64,000 bases of DNA from Bacteroidota bacterium. GTDB taxonomy: Bacteria > Bacteroidota > Bacteroidia > UKL13-3. Position 1 is the stretch's first letter. Each line of letters starts with the position of its first letter. The stretch lies in the NCBI GenBank assembly GCA_947464275.1, contig CANHVU010000008.1:17082-81081 (forward strand). Reading direction: 5' to 3'. Of this stretch, positions 38,253 to 49,363 are shown piece by piece. The notes under the pieces were generated by a model. It saw only the letters and a list, made by a program, of their open reading frames with translations, was not told the origin of the DNA and made no database searches. The position numbers and the translations under genes are program-made.

Positions 38253-38369
38253 TTATCCTTGACGTTGTTTAAACTTTGGGTTCTTTTTGTTAATTACGTA
38301 AACTCTACCTTTACGTTTTACAATTACACAATCCTCGCTGCGTTTCTTTACAGAAGCTCTTACTTTCAT
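38253..38369 (-). CDS. rpmJ: 50S ribosomal protein L36
   Basis: Not in the ORF track; manual translation [38 protein letters not shown]. Confidence 0.97.
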   Translation of the reverse strand: MKVRASVKKRSEDCVIVKRKGRVYVINKKNPKFKQRQG

Positions 38370-38386
38370 TTCTTCTATTTATTTTT

Positions 38387-38605
38387 TTATTTGTATCTAT
38401 AAATAATTCTTCCTTTTGTCAAATCGTATGGACTCATTTCACATGCAATTTTATCACCAGGTAAAATTTTGATATAATGCATTCTCATCTTACCAGAAAT
38501 ATGGGCAATTATTTGATGTCCGTTTTCCAACTGGACTCTAAACATTGCATTACTTAAGGCTTCGACAATAATACCGTCTTGTTTTATAACTGATTGTTTT
38601 GACAT
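38387..38605 (-). CDS. infA: Translation initiation factor IF-1
   Basis: [11 protein letters not shown]...[18 protein letters not shown]; start moved to ATG at 38605. Confidence 0.97.
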   Translation of the reverse strand: MSKQSVIKQDGIIVEALSNAMFRVQLENGHQIIAHISGKMRMHYIKILPGDKIACEMSPYDLTKGRIIYRYK

Positions 38606-38657
38606 TTTTAATTGGGGTTGCGAAAATAATATATTTTTTTTATTTATCAACAACTAA

Positions 38658-40001
38658 TTAAGCCGCTGTATTACTTCCACTTCTACCTTTGATTTTCCCA
38701 CTTTTCATTAATCCATCATATTGACGCATTAATAAATGACTTTCTATTTGTTGCAAAGTATCTAAAACAACACCTACCAAAATTAGTAACGATGTTCCGC
38801 CATAAAATTGTGCAAATTGGCTATTAATATTAAAAGCACCTGCAAATGAAGGCAATACTGCAACAAAAGCTAGGAAAATTGCTCCTGGTAAAGTAATTCT
38901 GCTCATAACATTATCGATGAAATCTGCAGTAGACTTGCCTGGTTTAATCCCCGGTATAAATCCATTATTCTTTTTCATATCATCCGAAATTTGATTAGCA
39001 TTCACTGAAATTGCAGTATAAAAATACGTAAACAATACAATTAATAAGCCAAAAGTCATATTATATGCAAAAGACAAAGGGTTAGCAAAAGAAGATAAAA
39101 AACTATTCGCCTCTACATTTGAAACAAATTGTGCGATATAACCTGGAATAAACATTAATGCTTGAGCAAAAATTATTGGCATAACACCTGCAGCGTTAAT
39201 TTTTAAAGGGATATATTGTCTTACACCTCCAAATTGTCTGTTACCAACAATTCTCTTGGCGTATTGAACAGGGATTCGCCTTGTTCCTTGTACTAATAAA
39301 ATAGTTATCATTATTACAGCGAATAAAGCAGCAAGCTCTATTACAAAAATAACCAATCCACCACCACCAGTTGACAATTTAAAGTTGAATTCGTCCCAGA
39401 AAGCTATCGGTAAACGAGCAATAATTCCAATCATAATGATTAAAGAAATACCATTACCTATACCTTTATCCGTTATTCTTTCACCTAACCACATAACAAA
39501 CATTGTACTTGCAGTTAAAATAATCATAGAACTAAAAGTGAACATAAAATCAGAAACAACATCAGCAGAAATAATAGCTGAAGGGTTTGTGTTTTTTAAA
39601 TTGATTATAAAGCCGTAAGACTGAACAACAGTGATTGCTATAGTTAAATAACGAGTAATTTGATTAATTTTTCTTCTACCATCTTCGCCTTCCTTTTGCA
39701 TTCTTTGGAATGAAGGTAAAGCTAACGATAATAACTGAACAACAATTGATGCGCTAATGTATGGCATAATTCCGAGAGCAAAAATAGAAGCTCGGCCAAA
39801 AGCACCACCAGCAAACATATTAATGATACCAAATAAACCACCATCTGCCTGCTTAGTATCTAACAGATTTGGATCAATGCCAGGTAAAGTTACATAGCTA
39901 CCAATTCTGTATACTAGTAATAACCAAAATGTGATTTGAAGTTTGAATCTTAAATCATCAATTCTCCAAATGTTTTTTAATGTATCAAATAGTTTTTTCA
40001 T
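38658..40001 (-). CDS. secY: Preprotein translocase SecY
   Basis: ALGIMPYISASI, GIGNGISL, AGVMPIIFA, GGTSLLI. Confidence 0.99.
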   Translation of the reverse strand: MKKLFDTLKNIWRIDDLRFKLQITFWLLLVYRIGSYVTLPGIDPNLLDTKQADGGLFGIINMFAGGAFGRASIFALGIMPYISASIVVQLLSLALPSFQRMQKEGEDGRRKINQITRYLTIAITVVQSYGFIINLKNTNPSAIISADVVSDFMFTFSSMIILTASTMFVMWLGERITDKGIGNGISLIIMIGIIARLPIAFWDEFNFKLSTGGGGLVIFVIELAALFAVIMITILLVQGTRRIPVQYAKRIVGNRQFGGVRQYIPLKINAAGVMPIIFAQALMFIPGYIAQFVSNVEANSFLSSFANPLSFAYNMTFGLLIVLFTYFYTAISVNANQISDDMKKNNGFIPGIKPGKSTADFIDNVMSRITLPGAIFLAFVAVLPSFAGAFNINSQFAQFYGGTSLLILVGVVLDTLQQIESHLLMRQYDGLMKSGKIKGRSGSNTAA

Positions 40002-40007
40002 TTGTTA

Positions 40008-40457
40008 TTAGATTTTTACTATTGAACCTCCAACTGCCTCGATAGCCTTTTGAGCTGAAGCAGAAAAAGCATGAGCTTTAACCTCAACAGAAACGCTAAT
40101 ATCTCCTCTTCCTAAAATTTTAACAAGGTGATTTTTACTTACAATACCATTGGCAACTAGAACATCAAAATCAATTGATTTCAATCCTTTTTCTGTAGCA
40201 ATGATTTGTAATCTATCTAAATTGATACCAACGTATTCAACTCTATTCAAACTTTTGAAACCAATTTTTGGTAAACGTCTGTATAAAGGCATTTGTCCAC
40301 CTTCGAAGCCACGCTTAGTGCTAGTACCACTTCTTGAACCAGCACCTTTATTACCACGTGCAGCAGTCCCACCTTTTCCACTACCTTCACCTCTACCTAC
40401 TCTTTTACCTTCTTTATGAACTGAACCAGCTGCTGGTTTTAAATTATGTAAATTCAT
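40008..40457 (-). CDS. rplO: 50S ribosomal protein L15
   Basis: RVGRG.GSGKG, GFEGGQMPL. Confidence 0.98.
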   Translation of the reverse strand: MNLHNLKPAAGSVHKEGKRVGRGEGSGKGGTAARGNKGAGSRSGTSTKRGFEGGQMPLYRRLPKIGFKSLNRVEYVGINLDRLQIIATEKGLKSIDFDVLVANGIVSKNHLVKILGRGDISVSVEVKAHAFSASAQKAIEAVGGSIVKI

Positions 40458-40469
40458 TAATTAATATTT

Positions 40470-40649
40470 TTAAATGTTTTCAACTTTTAATAAATGAGCA
40501 ACTTTGTTGATCATACCTAATACAGCAGGAGTTCCTTCAACCTCACGGGATTGATTCAATTTTGAAAATCCTAAAGCCTTGATAGTACGCTTTTGACCTT
40601 CAGGTCTGTCAATGATGCTTTTTACGTATGTAATTTTAACCTTAGCCAT
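40470..40649 (-). CDS. rpmD: 50S ribosomal protein L30
   Basis: Not in the ORF track; manual translation [27 protein letters not shown]...[16 protein letters not shown]. Confidence 0.96.
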   Translation of the reverse strand: MAKVKITYVKSIIDRPEGQKRTIKALGFSKLNQSREVEGTPAVLGMINKVAHLLKVENI

Positions 40650-41178
40650 TATTCACTTCTCCTCCATTAAAAACTTTTTTCATCGATATACCACGAGTAT
40701 TTGCAATTGTATATGCATCACGCATATTTAATAAAGCATCAACAGTAGCTTTAACAACATTGTGCGGATTAGATGAACCTTTAGATTTAGCTAACACGTC
40801 TGTAACCCCAGCACTTTCTAAAACTGCACGCATAGCACCACCAGCAATTACGCCTGTACCATGAGCAGCAGGCTTAAGAAACACTCTTCCTCCACCATAT
40901 TTTCCAAGTTGCTCATGAGGTATAGTACCTTTAAGAACTGGAACTTTCATTAAATTCTTTTTAGCGTCTTCAACTCCTTTGCTGATAGAATCAGTTACCT
41001 CGTTAGCTTTACCTAAACCGTAACCAATAACCCCATTTCCATCTCCCACTACAACTAAAGCTGAAAAGCTAAAAGTACGTCCACCTTTTGTAACTTTTGC
41101 TACACGGTTTATTGCAACTACTCTTTCTTTAAGCTCTATGTCGCTTGATTTTACTCTTTTTATATTTTCTGTAGACAT
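40642..41178 (-). CDS. rpsE: 30S ribosomal protein S5
   Basis: [18 protein letters not shown]. Confidence 0.98.
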   Translation of the reverse strand: MSTENIKRVKSSDIELKERVVAINRVAKVTKGGRTFSFSALVVVGDGNGVIGYGLGKANEVTDSISKGVEDAKKNLMKVPVLKGTIPHEQLGKYGGGRVFLKPAAHGTGVIAGGAMRAVLESAGVTDVLAKSKGSSNPHNVVKATVDALLNMRDAYTIANTRGISMKKVFNGGEVNNG

Positions 41179-41231
41179 AATATTTATTGTTTTACTTTAT
41201 GCTGATAACAACATAAAATGATAAAAGCAAT

Positions 41232-41579
41232 TTAAAACTTTAAACCTCCTTCGCGAGCACCTTCAGCTAAACTTTTGATACGACCATGGTACAAATAACC
41301 ATTTCTATCAAAAACCACTTCAGTAATGCCAGATGATATTGCTTTTTGTGCTATTTCTTTACCTACTATAACTGATAATTCTACTTTACAAACTTTCTCA
41401 GTAATTGAACGAGACGAAGAAGACACTAAAGTCTTTCCTGCCACATCATCAATAATTTGAGCATATATAGCTTTATTGCTACGGAATACAGATAAACGTG
41501 GTTTTACAGGAGTACCTTTAATACGGCCACGAATTCCTCTTTTTATTCTAGATCTGCGTAATTCTTTTTTGGTTGCCAT
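41232..41579 (-). CDS. rplR: 50S ribosomal protein L18
   Basis: [20 protein letters not shown]. Confidence 0.98.
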   Translation of the reverse strand: MATKKELRRSRIKRGIRGRIKGTPVKPRLSVFRSNKAIYAQIIDDVAGKTLVSSSSRSITEKVCKVELSVIVGKEIAQKAISSGITEVVFDRNGYLYHGRIKSLAEGAREGGLKF

Positions 41580-41587
41580 AACTTTTA

Positions 41588-42142
41588 TTATTTAGATGCT
41601 GTTTTACCCGCTTTTCTTCTTAGAACTTCACCAACAAACTTGATACCTTTACCTTTATAAGGTTCAGGAGAACGTAATGAACGAATTTTAGCAGCTACTT
41701 GACCAATCAATTGTTTATCGGCACTTTCTAAGGTAATGATTGGGTTTTTACCTTTTTCAGTTTCAGTTTTCACAGTAATTTCTTTTGGAACTTCAAAATA
41801 AATATGATGTGAGAAACCTAATATTAAATCAAGAATATTTCCTTCGTTTGTTGCTTTGTAACCAACACCTACTAATTCTTGTTTTTTGGTGTACCCTTGA
41901 GTAACACCTACAATCATATTATTTATTAATGATCTGTAAAGACCATGTAAAGCTCTATGTCTCTTGTGGTCAGTTGGTCTTGAAACCAAAATCTCACCTT
42001 CGTTAAGAGTAATTGTAATATCCGCATCAACTTGTTGATGTAACTCGCCTTTAGGACCTTTAACAGTAACTAAATTGCTGTTGCTAATTTTAAAATCAAC
42101 ACCAGCTGGCAATTTTATTGGGGCTTTTCCTATACGTGACAT
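41588..42142 (-). CDS. rplF: 50S ribosomal protein L6
   Basis: [14 protein letters not shown]. Confidence 0.98.
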   Translation of the reverse strand: MSRIGKAPIKLPAGVDFKISNSNLVTVKGPKGELHQQVDADITITLNEGEILVSRPTDHKRHRALHGLYRSLINNMIVGVTQGYTKKQELVGVGYKATNEGNILDLILGFSHHIYFEVPKEITVKTETEKGKNPIITLESADKQLIGQVAAKIRSLRSPEPYKGKGIKFVGEVLRRKAGKTASK

Positions 42143-42161
42143 GAAATTGTTCTCCTATTAA

Positions 42162-42560
42162 TTAATAAATATAACATAAAACTTCGCCACCAACATTAAG
42201 TTTTCTAGCTTCTTTATCTGTCATTACACCTTTGGAAGTTGTAAGAACAGCAATACCTAAGCCATTAATAACTCTAGGCATACTTTCAATACCTGCATAT
42301 CGTCTTAAACCAGGACGACTAACGCGGTCTAGTTTTTTTATAGCAGATGCTTTTGTAATAGGATGATATTTTAAGGCAATTTTTATTGAACCTTGATGAT
42401 TTACTACGTCCTCAAATTTGTAATTTAAGATGTAACCTTTTTCAAAAAGAACTCTTGTAATTTCTTTCTTCAAGTTTGACGCAGGAATTTCTACGATGCG
42501 ATGATTTGCTTTAATAGCATTACGCAACCTTGTTAAGTAATCTGATATTGGATCTGTCAT
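42162..42560 (-). CDS. rpsH: 30S ribosomal protein S8
   Basis: DPISDYLTRLRNA, SRPGLR, GGEVL. Confidence 0.98.
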   Translation of the reverse strand: MTDPISDYLTRLRNAIKANHRIVEIPASNLKKEITRVLFEKGYILNYKFEDVVNHQGSIKIALKYHPITKASAIKKLDRVSRPGLRRYAGIESMPRVINGLGIAVLTTSKGVMTDKEARKLNVGGEVLCYIY

Positions 42561-42640
42561 TATGTTTTTGTTTTACTTGTTAGCAGTAAGCCAAGGGCAC
42601 TCTTACTAACTAAGTTATGTTTATATTTTATAAAGGGGTG

Positions 42641-42671
42641 CAAATATAAGTATTTATACACCTTTAGCAAA
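42641..42671 (-). promoter_or_regulatory. Internal Bacteroidota housekeeping promoter upstream of rpsH
   Basis: The minus strand reads TTTG-N19-TATATTTG (the -33/-7 consensus). Confidence 0.65.
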
Positions 42672-42682
42672 TTTATTTTAAA

Positions 42683-42952
42683 TTACCAAGAAGCCTTAGT
42701 AACACCTGGTATTTTACCCATAGAAGCAAGTTCACGGAATTGATTACGACAAATACCGAAATCACTCATGTAACCTTTTGGTCTACCTGTTAATTTACAT
42801 CTGTTGTGTAAGCGTACAGGTGATGAATTTCTAGGTAACTTTTGTAAACCTACATAATCACCAGCTTCTTTAAGAGCTTTACGTTTGTCTGCAAATTGAG
42901 CATTTAACTTTTCTCTTTTGCGTTGACGAGCTTTAACTGATTCTTTAGCCAT
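42683..42952 (-). CDS. rpsN: 30S ribosomal protein S14
   Basis: [23 protein letters not shown]. Confidence 0.98.
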   Translation of the reverse strand: MAKESVKARQRKREKLNAQFADKRKALKEAGDYVGLQKLPRNSSPVRLHNRCKLTGRPKGYMSDFGICRNQFRELASMGKIPGVTKASW

Positions 42953-42959
42953 TTGTTAA

Positions 42960-43523
42960 TTATTTATTTTGATTTTTGAAAGGTAAACCAAATTCTTTCA
43001 ATAAAGAAAGACATTCTTCATCTGTTGCAGCAGTAGTAACAAAAGTTATATCCATACCATTAATTCTGGTAACTTTTTCAATTACTATTTCAGGGAAAAT
43101 GATTTGCTCTGTGATACCCATTGTATAATTACCACGGCTATCAAAACCTTTTTCATTTAATCCAGCAAAATCTCTAACACGTGGTAAAGAAACCGAAATT
43201 AATCTATCTAAAAATTCGTACATTTTTACACCTCTTAAAGTTACGCGAGCCCCAATAGGAATATTCTTACGTAATTTAAAATTTGAAATATCTTTTTTAG
43301 ATTTAGTACCAACAGCTTTTTGACCTGCTATCGAAGTCATTTCAAGTAGTGCTTGATCAACTATTTTTTTATCTGATACTGCAGCACCCACACCTTGGTT
43401 TAAACAAATTTTAACCAATTTTGGTACTTGCATTACATTTTTATATCCAAACTTTTCTATCATGGCAGGTTTAACCTTAGCATCATAGTCTTGTTTTAAT
43501 CTAGGAACGTATGTTGTTGTCAT
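42960..43523 (-). CDS. rplE: 50S ribosomal protein L5
   Basis: VPKLVKI, LPRVRDF, IIFPEI. Confidence 0.98.
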   Translation of the reverse strand: MTTTYVPRLKQDYDAKVKPAMIEKFGYKNVMQVPKLVKICLNQGVGAAVSDKKIVDQALLEMTSIAGQKAVGTKSKKDISNFKLRKNIPIGARVTLRGVKMYEFLDRLISVSLPRVRDFAGLNEKGFDSRGNYTMGITEQIIFPEIVIEKVTRINGMDITFVTTAATDEECLSLLKEFGLPFKNQNK

Positions 43524-43527
43524 GTTC

Positions 43528-43866
43528 TTAATTAATTATATCTTGCGATTTTTTTGAAAATCTAACAGTTTTTCCTTCAGCATCTTTCTTACGACCGATT
43601 TTTGAAGCAACACCATTGTTATCTAAAACAGCTAAATTACTTATACTGATAGGTGCTTCTTTTTTAATGATACCACCTTGTTGATTTTGTGCATTAGGCT
43701 TTGTATGACGGCTAACAATGTTAATACCTTCAACTATAGCTTTATTTTTTGCAGTAATAATTTCTAAAACTTTTCCAGTTTTACCTTTATCATCACCAGC
43801 AATAACTTTTACGCGATCATCTTTCTTGATACGTAACTTTATCTTGTTGTTTACGTTTTTTTCCAT
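43528..43866 (-). CDS. rplX: 50S ribosomal protein L24
   Basis: KOW motif [19 protein letters not shown]. Confidence 0.98.
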   Translation of the reverse strand: MEKNVNNKIKLRIKKDDRVKVIAGDDKGKTGKVLEIITAKNKAIVEGINIVSRHTKPNAQNQQGGIIKKEAPISISNLAVLDNNGVASKIGRKKDAEGKTVRFSKKSQDIIN

Positions 43867-43868
43867 GA

Positions 43869-44237
43869 TTATAATACCTCCGGTGCTAATGAAACAATTT
43901 TCATGAATTGTTTTTCTCTTAACTCACGTGCAACTGGGCCAAATATACGAGTAGCACGAGGTTCATCTTGCGCATTTAATAATACACATGAATTATCGTC
44001 AAAACGAATGTAAGAACCGTCAGCTCTACGAACTTCCTTTTTGGTTCTAACAACAACAGCTTTAGAAACTGCACCTTTTTTAACTCCTCCTGAAGGTAAA
44101 GCTGACTTAACTGTAACTACAATTTTATCACCTACAGAAGCATATCTTCTTCCAGTACCACCAAGAACTCGGATACATAATACCTCGCGAGCTCCACTAT
44201 TATCGGCTACTTTTAGTCTTGATTCCTGTTGTATCAT
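43869..44237 (-). CDS. rplN: 50S ribosomal protein L14
   Basis: [18 protein letters not shown]. Confidence 0.99.
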   Translation of the reverse strand: MIQQESRLKVADNSGAREVLCIRVLGGTGRRYASVGDKIVVTVKSALPSGGVKKGAVSKAVVVRTKKEVRRADGSYIRFDDNSCVLLNAQDEPRATRIFGPVARELREKQFMKIVSLAPEVL

Positions 44238-44241
44238 TTTA

Positions 44242-44511
44242 TTATTTAGCTTTTTCTACTATTTCTACTAATCTCCAACGTTTATCTTTACTTAATGGTC
44301 TTGTTTCCATTAATTTAACGATATCGTTCATGCTACTTTCATTTTTCTCATCGTGAGCTTTAAAAGTAGAAGTCATTTTTATGAACTTCCCGTATTTTGG
44401 GTGCATTACTTTACGCTCTACAGAAACAACAATTGTTTTTTGCATTTTGTTGCTTACTACTTTCCCAATAATAACCTTACGTGAATTTCTATTCTCTGCT
44501 GTTATTTCCAT
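44242..44511 (-). CDS. rpsQ: 30S ribosomal protein S17
   Basis: [17 protein letters not shown]. Confidence 0.98.
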   Translation of the reverse strand: MEITAENRNSRKVIIGKVVSNKMQKTIVVSVERKVMHPKYGKFIKMTSTFKAHDEKNESSMNDIVKLMETRPLSKDKRWRLVEIVEKAK

Positions 44512-44526
44512 TTTGTTACAGTATAA

Positions 44527-44724
44527 TTAAGCAGTAGCTAACTGACGAGCTTTCTTTTCAGTAAGAATTCGTGCAATAGTTTTTTTGCTTTCGTTTATCA
44601 ATCTTGGATTTTCGATAGGTGAAACTGCATTTTGTAGAGATAGTTTTGAAAAATTCAAACGCTCTTCCTTTAAAGCAATATTCAATTCTTTTTCCGATAA
44701 TTCTTTAATTTCTTTATTATTCAT
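44527..44724 (-). CDS. rpmC: 50S ribosomal protein L29
   Basis: ENP...KKTIARILTE; operon position. Confidence 0.95.
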   Translation of the reverse strand: MNNKEIKELSEKELNIALKEERLNFSKLSLQNAVSPIENPRLINESKKTIARILTEKKARQLATA

Positions 44725-44726
44725 AA

Positions 44727-45149
44727 CTAGTTTCCGTTATAATCTGGTTTAACAATAAATTTGGTGATTACAGGTAACTTTTGAGCAGCTAAGCGCATTG
44801 CTTCTCTTGCTGTTTCCACTGGAACACCTTCTGCTTCAAATATAATTGTACCAGGCTTACAAACAGCTACCCAAAATTCAGGAGCTCCTTTACCTTTACC
44901 CATACGAACCTCTGCTGGTTTTCTAGTCATCGGTTTATCAGGGAAAACTCTAATCCAAACCTGACCTTCTCTTTTCATGAAGCGGTTTAAAGCAACACGA
45001 GCCGCTTCAATTTGCTTAGAAGTCAAGAAGCAAGTATCAAGTGCTTTTAATCCAAACGAACCAAAGGCAACAGTAAAACCTCTAGAAGCATTACCTTTTA
45101 CTTTACCTTTTTGTTGTTTCCTAAATTTTGTTTTTTTGGGCTGTAACAT
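44727..45149 (-). CDS. rplP: 50S ribosomal protein L16
   Basis: [18 protein letters not shown]. Confidence 0.99.
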   Translation of the reverse strand: MLQPKKTKFRKQQKGKVKGNASRGFTVAFGSFGLKALDTCFLTSKQIEAARVALNRFMKREGQVWIRVFPDKPMTRKPAEVRMGKGKGAPEFWVAVCKPGTIIFEAEGVPVETAREAMRLAAQKLPVITKFIVKPDYNGN

Positions 45150-45184
45150 TTTTACAGTTATTTAATATTATTGATAAAACTAAT

Positions 45185-45961
45185 TTATTTTTTTTCTCTT
45201 TTTGGCTTTCTATCGCCACCTCTACCAGCTCCGCCACGACTATCTCTTCTGTCATCTCTTCTATCACCTCTACGATCAGGACGTTGGTTTTGGCCTTTTG
45301 CTTCAGCTACACCTTGGTTAGGAGATAAATCTCTTTTTCCATAAATCTCACCTTTGCAAATCCACACTTTAATACCGATTTTACCATACACAGTTAAAGC
45401 CTCAGCAATAGTGTAGTCAATATCAGAACGTAAAGTATGTAATGGAGTTCTTCCTTCTTTATAAGATTCAGAACGAGCCATTTCAGCTCCACCTAAACGA
45501 CCACTGATTGTAACTTTTATACCATCAGCACCCATTTTCATGGTGTTTGAAATAGCACCTTTTAAAGCTCTTTTATATGAAACGCGAGCTTCAATTTGGC
45601 TAGCAATTTGCTCTCCAACAAGAACCGCATCTAACTCAGGACGTTTGATTTCAAATATATTGATTGCAACGTCTTTTTTAGTTAATTTTTTGATTTCTTC
45701 CTTGATTTTATCAACCTCGGTTCCACCTTTTCCAATTATAATACCTGGACGTGAGGTGTGAATAGTAATGATGATACGTTTAATTGTACGCTCAATAACT
45801 ATTTTAGACATACCTGCTTTTACTATACGAGCACGTAAGTATTTTCTAATTTTCTCATCCTCAATTAATTTTTCGGCAAAATTTTTACCACCAAACCAAT
45901 TGCTTTCCCAGCCTCTGATTATGCCTAAACGTAATGCTATCGGATTTACCTTTTGTCCCAT
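45185..45961 (-). CDS. rpsC: 30S ribosomal protein S3
   Basis: [23 protein letters not shown]. Confidence 0.99.
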   Translation of the reverse strand: MGQKVNPIALRLGIIRGWESNWFGGKNFAEKLIEDEKIRKYLRARIVKAGMSKIVIERTIKRIIITIHTSRPGIIIGKGGTEVDKIKEEIKKLTKKDVAINIFEIKRPELDAVLVGEQIASQIEARVSYKRALKGAISNTMKMGADGIKVTISGRLGGAEMARSESYKEGRTPLHTLRSDIDYTIAEALTVYGKIGIKVWICKGEIYGKRDLSPNQGVAEAKGQNQRPDRRGDRRDDRRDSRGGAGRGGDRKPKREKK

Positions 45962-46356
45962 TATACTTTAGAATTTTCTTTATCGTTTGTTGTTTCTACT
46001 GAATTATTAGCAACCATGCTATCAACTATTAAAGTTACATGGTTAGAACGTTTACGGATTCTATGTGCACGTCCTTGAGGAGCAGGTAAAACACGTTTCA
46101 TCATAGCACCACCATCAACAAAAATAGTTTTTACATATAATTCATTGTTTTCAGCACGTGAACCTTCGTTTTTTTGTTCCCAATTTGCTATTGCACTGCG
46201 TAATAATTTTTCAACGCGGTGAGCACTTTCTTTTTTATTATTGAAACGTAAAGTATTGAAGGCTTCTTCAACTCTTTTACCACGAATCAAATCTACAACT
46301 AACCTCATTTTACGAGGTGAAGTAGGACAATTATTTAATTTTGCTACTGCTTCCAT
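45961..46356 (-). CDS. rplV: 50S ribosomal protein L22
   Basis: [24 protein letters not shown]. Confidence 0.98.
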   Translation of the reverse strand: MEAVAKLNNCPTSPRKMRLVVDLIRGKRVEEAFNTLRFNNKKESAHRVEKLLRSAIANWEQKNEGSRAENNELYVKTIFVDGGAMMKRVLPAPQGRAHRIRKRSNHVTLIVDSMVANNSVETTNDKENSKV

Positions 46357-46358
46357 TA

Positions 46359-46625
46359 TTAATCTTTCTTAACTGGATGTGATTTAAATGTACGTGTAGG
46401 AGCAAATTCACCTAGCTTATGACCAACCATATTTTCAGTAACATAAACAGGTATAAATTTATTGCCATTATGAACAGCAAAAGTATGTCCTACAAATTCT
46501 GGAGATATCATTGATCTGCGACTCCAAGTTTTAATTACAGATTTTTTCTTTGCCTCATTCATAGCATCAACCTTTTTTTCAAGTTTGAAATCAATGAAAG
46601 GACCTTTTTTTAGTGAACGAGCCAT
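46359..46625 (-). CDS. rpsS: 30S ribosomal protein S19
   Basis: [19 protein letters not shown]. Confidence 0.99.
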   Translation of the reverse strand: MARSLKKGPFIDFKLEKKVDAMNEAKKKSVIKTWSRRSMISPEFVGHTFAVHNGNKFIPVYVTENMVGHKLGEFAPTRTFKSHPVKKD

Positions 46626-46631
46626 ATTCTA

Positions 46632-47453
46632 TTACTTCTTACGCTTTTCGATGATAAATCTATTTGAATATTTTTTAGGTGTGCGGGTTTTGTAACCTTT
46701 TGATTTCATACCGTTACGAGAACGAGGATGACCTCCTGAAGCTCTACCTTCACCACCACCCATTGGATGATCAACCGGATTCATTGCAACCGGACGAGTA
46801 CGTGGTCTAACACCTCTCCATCTATTTGCTCCAGCTTTACCTTTTCTTTCCAAGTTATGATCTGGATTTGAAACCTGACCGATAGTAGCTGAACAAGCAA
46901 CTAATATCATACGTGTCTCACCAGAGGCTAACTTAATGATCGCGTAGCGACCATCTCTATTCAATAATTGAGCAAATGAACCTGCAGAGCGAACTAATTT
47001 TCCACCTCTACCTGGTAACATTTCAATATTATGAATTAAAGAACCTAATGGAATTTCAGATAAAGGTAAAGTATTACCAATTTCAGGTGGAGCACCTGCA
47101 CCACTTTGAACTATCTGACCAACTTGAAGGTTTTTAGGAGATAAAATGTAACTTTTTTCACCATCAGCATATTGAATCAAAGCAATACGAGCTGAACGAT
47201 TTGGATCGTACTCAATTGTTAAAACAGTAGCTTCACCTTGTTTAGTTCTTTTAAAATCAACTAATCTATATTTTCTTTTATGACCACCACCTACATAGCG
47301 AATAGTCATTTTACCAGTGTTATTTCTACCACCAGATTTCATTAACGATACTGTTAACGATTTTTCTGGACTTGAGGCTGTTAATTCCTCAAAAGTATTA
47401 GCAGACTTAAAACGTGTGCCTGGCGTTATCGGGTTAAATTTTCTAATTCCCAT
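46632..47453 (-). CDS. rplB: 50S ribosomal protein L2
   Basis: [21 protein letters not shown]. Confidence 0.99.
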   Translation of the reverse strand: MGIRKFNPITPGTRFKSANTFEELTASSPEKSLTVSLMKSGGRNNTGKMTIRYVGGGHKRKYRLVDFKRTKQGEATVLTIEYDPNRSARIALIQYADGEKSYILSPKNLQVGQIVQSGAGAPPEIGNTLPLSEIPLGSLIHNIEMLPGRGGKLVRSAGSFAQLLNRDGRYAIIKLASGETRMILVACSATIGQVSNPDHNLERKGKAGANRWRGVRPRTRPVAMNPVDHPMGGGEGRASGGHPRSRNGMKSKGYKTRTPKKYSNRFIIEKRKK

Positions 47454-47461
47454 TTTGTTTA

Positions 47462-47752
47462 CTAAACGTTTTGGAAGAAGTCAATTTTTTGATCTTCTTT
47501 AAGTGTAACAATAGCTTTTTTGAAAGCTGTTCTTCTGCCAGAGAATTGACCTCTTTTAGTAGATCTAGTTTTATTTTTACCGGCATAAACCATTGTACTG
47601 ATACCAGTTACGTTTACGCTGTAAATTTTTTCAATCTCGCTAATAATTTCAGGTTTAGTTGCTTTTTTCTCTACAATAAAAGCAAATTGATTCAATTTTT
47701 CGCTAAGACGACTGAACTTTTCAGTGATAAGTGGCTTTTTAAGTATACTCAT
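47462..47752 (-). CDS. rplW: 50S ribosomal protein L23
   Basis: PLITEK, KKAIVTL. Confidence 0.97.
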   Translation of the reverse strand: MSILKKPLITEKFSRLSEKLNQFAFIVEKKATKPEIISEIEKIYSVNVTGISTMVYAGKNKTRSTKRGQFSGRRTAFKKAIVTLKEDQKIDFFQNV

Positions 47753-48387
47753 TACTTATTTTTATTAAAAAGGTTATCAATAGCTCCTAATGAATTTTCT
47801 ACTAAAATTACATTTTGAGCATCCAAAATTTCATAAGTATTTACATCACCTACTGTTACAACTTTAGCTTTCGATAAATTGCGACTAGATTTGTAAATGA
47901 AATCGTTATAATCTGCCATTACTAATAATGTTTTAGCATTATTTAACTTTAGATTATTTAAAACATTAACATAATTTTTAGTTTTAGCCGAATCAAAAAC
48001 GAAGTTCTCTAAAACAACAATGTTATTATTTTTAGCCTTGTAAGCAAAAGCCGACATTCTAGCTAATTGTTTTAATTTCTTATTTAATTTGAAACTGTAA
48101 TTTCTAGGTTGAGGTCCAAATATACGGGCACCACCTACTCTAGTTCCAGATTTTATACTACCCTTACGAGATCCACCAGTACCTTTTTGACGGTGTAACT
48201 TTTTAGTAGAACCGCTTACCATACTGCGCTCTAAAGAAGAGTGAGTACCTTGGCGTTGGTTAGCTAAAAATTGTTTAACGTCTAAGTATATAGCATGGTC
48301 GTTAGGTTCAATTCCAAAAACTTCTTTGCTAAGAACTACTTTGCGGCCAGTATCAGCACCTTGTGTATTTAATATTGCTAATTCCAT
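47752..48387 (-). CDS. rplD: 50S ribosomal protein L4
   Basis: RQGTH, RQKGTG, FGPQPR. Confidence 0.98.
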   Translation of the reverse strand: MELAILNTQGADTGRKVVLSKEVFGIEPNDHAIYLDVKQFLANQRQGTHSSLERSMVSGSTKKLHRQKGTGGSRKGSIKSGTRVGGARIFGPQPRNYSFKLNKKLKQLARMSAFAYKAKNNNIVVLENFVFDSAKTKNYVNVLNNLKLNNAKTLLVMADYNDFIYKSSRNLSKAKVVTVGDVNTYEILDAQNVILVENSLGAIDNLFNKNK

Positions 48388-48391
48388 CTGC

Positions 48392-49009
48392 TTATTTCTC
48401 TAATAATATAAATGAACCTTTAGCACCAGGAATAGACCCTTTAATTACCAAAAGATTCTGATCTTTCAACACTTTTAAAATTTGAAGATTGGTTTTCTTC
48501 ACTCTATTGCCACCCATTCTTCCAGCCATTCTCATTCCTTTGAAAACTTTTGAAGGGTCTGATGATGCACCAATTGAACCTGGAGCTCTTTGACGATCAT
48601 GCTGACCATGAGTAGCCATACCAACACCACCAAAACCGTGACGTTTTACAACACCTTGAAAACCTTTTCCTTTTGAAGTTCCAACCACATCAACAAACTC
48701 ACCTGCTTCAAACAAATCAGCCATCAAAACATCACCTAAATTTAAAGGAGTTTCAAATCCTTTGAACTCAACTAATTTTCTTTTTGGAGTTGTATTTGCT
48801 TTTTTGAATATACCTTTTAACGCAGCGGGTGTATTTTTTTCTCTTGCTTCACCATACGCTAGTTGAATAGCACTGTATCCATCTGTTTCAACAGTTTTAA
48901 CCTGAGTAACAACATTTGGACCAACTTCAATCACAGTACAAGCTATTTGCTTGCCATCTTGGTTGAAGATGCTAGTCATTCCTATTTTTCTACCTATCAA
49001 TCCTGACAT
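48392..49009 (-). CDS. rplC: 50S ribosomal protein L3
   Basis: [28 protein letters not shown]. Confidence 0.99.
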   Translation of the reverse strand: MSGLIGRKIGMTSIFNQDGKQIACTVIEVGPNVVTQVKTVETDGYSAIQLAYGEAREKNTPAALKGIFKKANTTPKRKLVEFKGFETPLNLGDVLMADLFEAGEFVDVVGTSKGKGFQGVVKRHGFGGVGMATHGQHDRQRAPGSIGASSDPSKVFKGMRMAGRMGGNRVKKTNLQILKVLKDQNLLVIKGSIPGAKGSFILLEK

Positions 49010-49043
49010 AATCTTATCTGTCTAAATTCTTTTAATTAATTGA

Positions 49044-49352
49044 TCAAACTTTAATTTCAACATCAACACCACTTGGCAATTCAAGCTTCATAAGAGCATC
49101 TACAGTTTTTGCTGTGCTACTATATATGTCTAAAATTCTTTTATAAGAACACAATTGAAATTGCTCTCTTGCCTTTTTATTTACGTGTGGCGAACGTAAT
49201 ACTGTATAAATTTTCTTTTGTGTTGGAAGTGGAATTGGACCACTAACAATAGCACCAGTGCTTTTTACAGTCTTAACGATTTTTTCTGCTGACTTGTCAA
49301 CTAGATTGTAATCGAAACTTTTTAACTTAATTCTTATTTTTTGGCTCACCAT
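49044..49352 (-). CDS. rpsJ: 30S ribosomal protein S10
   Basis: [21 protein letters not shown]. Confidence 0.99.
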   Translation of the reverse strand: MVSQKIRIKLKSFDYNLVDKSAEKIVKTVKSTGAIVSGPIPLPTQKKIYTVLRSPHVNKKAREQFQLCSYKRILDIYSSTAKTVDALMKLELPSGVDVEIKV

Positions 49353-49363
49353 TATTATTAAGC

